Of a stretch of 53,826 bases of DNA, positions 52,021 to 53,826 are shown one piece after another; the stretch's first letter is position 1; each line of letters begins with the position of its first letter. Position numbers and translations under genes: made by a program. The stretch is from Tubiluchus corallicola (taxonomy: Eukaryota > Animalia > Priapulida). The DNA is taken from contig JAQGDQ010001227.1 in the NCBI GenBank assembly GCA_030141605.1, positions 1 to 53,826 on the forward strand, read 5' to 3'. A model generated the notes under the pieces. It made no database searches. It saw only the letters and a list, made by a program, of their open reading frames with translations, and was not told the DNA's origin.

Positions 52021-53826
52021 AGTTTACTTCTAAACACGACATTAGTTTACTTCTAAACACGACATTAGTTTACTTCTAAACACGACATTAGTTTACTTCT
52101 AAACACGACATTAGTTTACTTCTAAACACAACAGGAGTTTACTTCTAAACACAACATTAGTTTACTTCTAAACACAACATTAGTTTACTACTAAACACGA
52201 CATTAGTTTACTTCTAAACACAACATTAGTTTACTTCTAAACACAACATTAGTTTACTACTAAACACGACATTAGTTTACTTCTAAACACAACATTAGTT
52301 TACTTCTAAACACAACATTAGTTTACTACTAAACACGACATTAGTTTACTTCTAAACACAACATTACTTTACTTCTAAACACAACATTAGTTTACTTCTA
52401 AACACAACATTAGTTTACTTCTAAACACAACATTAGTTTACTTCTAAACACGACATTAGTTTACTTCTAAACACAACATTAGTTTACTTCTAAACACAAC
52501 ATTACTTTACTTCTAAACACGACATTAGTTTACTTCTAAACACAACATTAGTTTACTTCTAAACACGACATTAGTTTACTTCTAAACACAACATTAGTTT
52601 ACTTCTAAACACAACATTAGTTTACTTCTAAACACAACATTAGTTTACTTCTAAACACAACATTAGTTTACTTCTAAACACAACATTAGTTTACTTCTAA
52701 ACACAACATTAGTTTACTTCTAAACACAACATTAGTTTACTTCTAAACACAACATTAGTTTACTACTAAACACGACATTAGTTTACTTCTAAACACAACA
52801 TTAGTTTACTTCTAAACACAACAAACCTAAACACAACATTAGTTTACTTCTAAACACAACATTAGTTTACTTCTAAACACAACATTAGTTTACTTCTAAA
52901 CACAACATTAGTTTACTTCTAAACACAACATTAGTTTACTACTAAACACAACATTAGTTTACTTCTAAACACAACATTAGTTTACTTCTAAACACAACAT
53001 TAGTTTACTTCTAAACACAACATTAGTTTACTTCTAAATGCAACATTAGTTTACTACTAAACACGACATTAGTTTACTTCTAAACACAACATTAGTTTAC
53101 GTCTAAACACAACATTAGTTTACGTCTAAACACAACGTTAGTTTACTTCTAAACACAACATTAGTTTACTACTAAACACGACATTAGTTTACTTCTAAAC
53201 ACAACATTAGTTTACTTCTAAACACGACATTAGTTTACTACTAAACACAACATTAGTTTACGTCTAAACACAACGTTAGTTTACTTCTAAACACAACATT
53301 AGTTTACTTCTAAACACGACATTAGTTTACTTCTAAACACGACATTAGTTTACTTCTAAACACGACATTAGTTTACTACTAAACACAACATTAGTTTACG
53401 TCTAAACACAATGTTAGTTTACTTCTAAACACAACATTAGTTTACTACTAAACACGACATTAGTTTACTTCTAAACACAACATTAGTTTACTTCTAAACA
53501 CAACATTAGTTTACTTCTAAACACAACATTAGTTTACTTCTAAACACAACATTAGTTTACTACTAAACACAACATTAGTTTACTTCTAAACACAACATTA
53601 GTTTACTTCTAAACACAACAGGAGTTTACTTCTAAACACAACATTAGTTTACTTCTAAACACGACATTAGTTTACTTCTAAACACAACATTAGTTTACTT
53701 CTAAACACGACATTACTTTACTTTTAAACACGACATTACTTTACTTTTAAACACGACATTAGTTTACTTCTAAACACAACATTAGTTTACTTCTAAACAC
53801 AACATTAGTTTACTTCTAAACACAAC
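52021..53826. repeat. 23-bp minisatellite (ATTAGTTTACTTCTAAACACAAC) to window end
   Basis: Direct reading. It starts ~30 nt from the WSC1 acceptor. Confidence 0.95.

Overview
AT-rich eukaryotic (most likely invertebrate animal) genomic DNA. Most of the long ORFs in the track are tandem-repeat artefacts. Reading splice sites on the minus strand gives two tandem, paralogous multi-exon genes for type-I membrane receptors. Gene A (51989->23319, 5' end beyond the window, ~813 aa in-window) reads WSC-WSC-WSC-FN3-Ig-Ig-S/T stalk-TM-short tail. Gene B (18624->5951, ~496 aa) reads signal peptide-Ig-Ig-TM-three microexons-tail of four 40-aa acidic Tyr-containing repeats; its terminal exon is duplicated again at 1-412. 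Exon phases join in frame throughout, and the Ig pairs share a non-canonical Cys pattern (CEP...FCCxP...CY, no F-strand YxC). The introns carry many minisatellites (two built from the adjacent splice donor itself), hAT/pogo/piggyBac-type MITEs, CR1/L2-like LINE ends and a 5S-derived SINE. One unusual Gypsy-like relic has inverted LTR ends, a 5-bp TSD and a nested RTE insertion. Gene models are manual predictions without transcript support, and the organism cannot be determined from the sequence alone.
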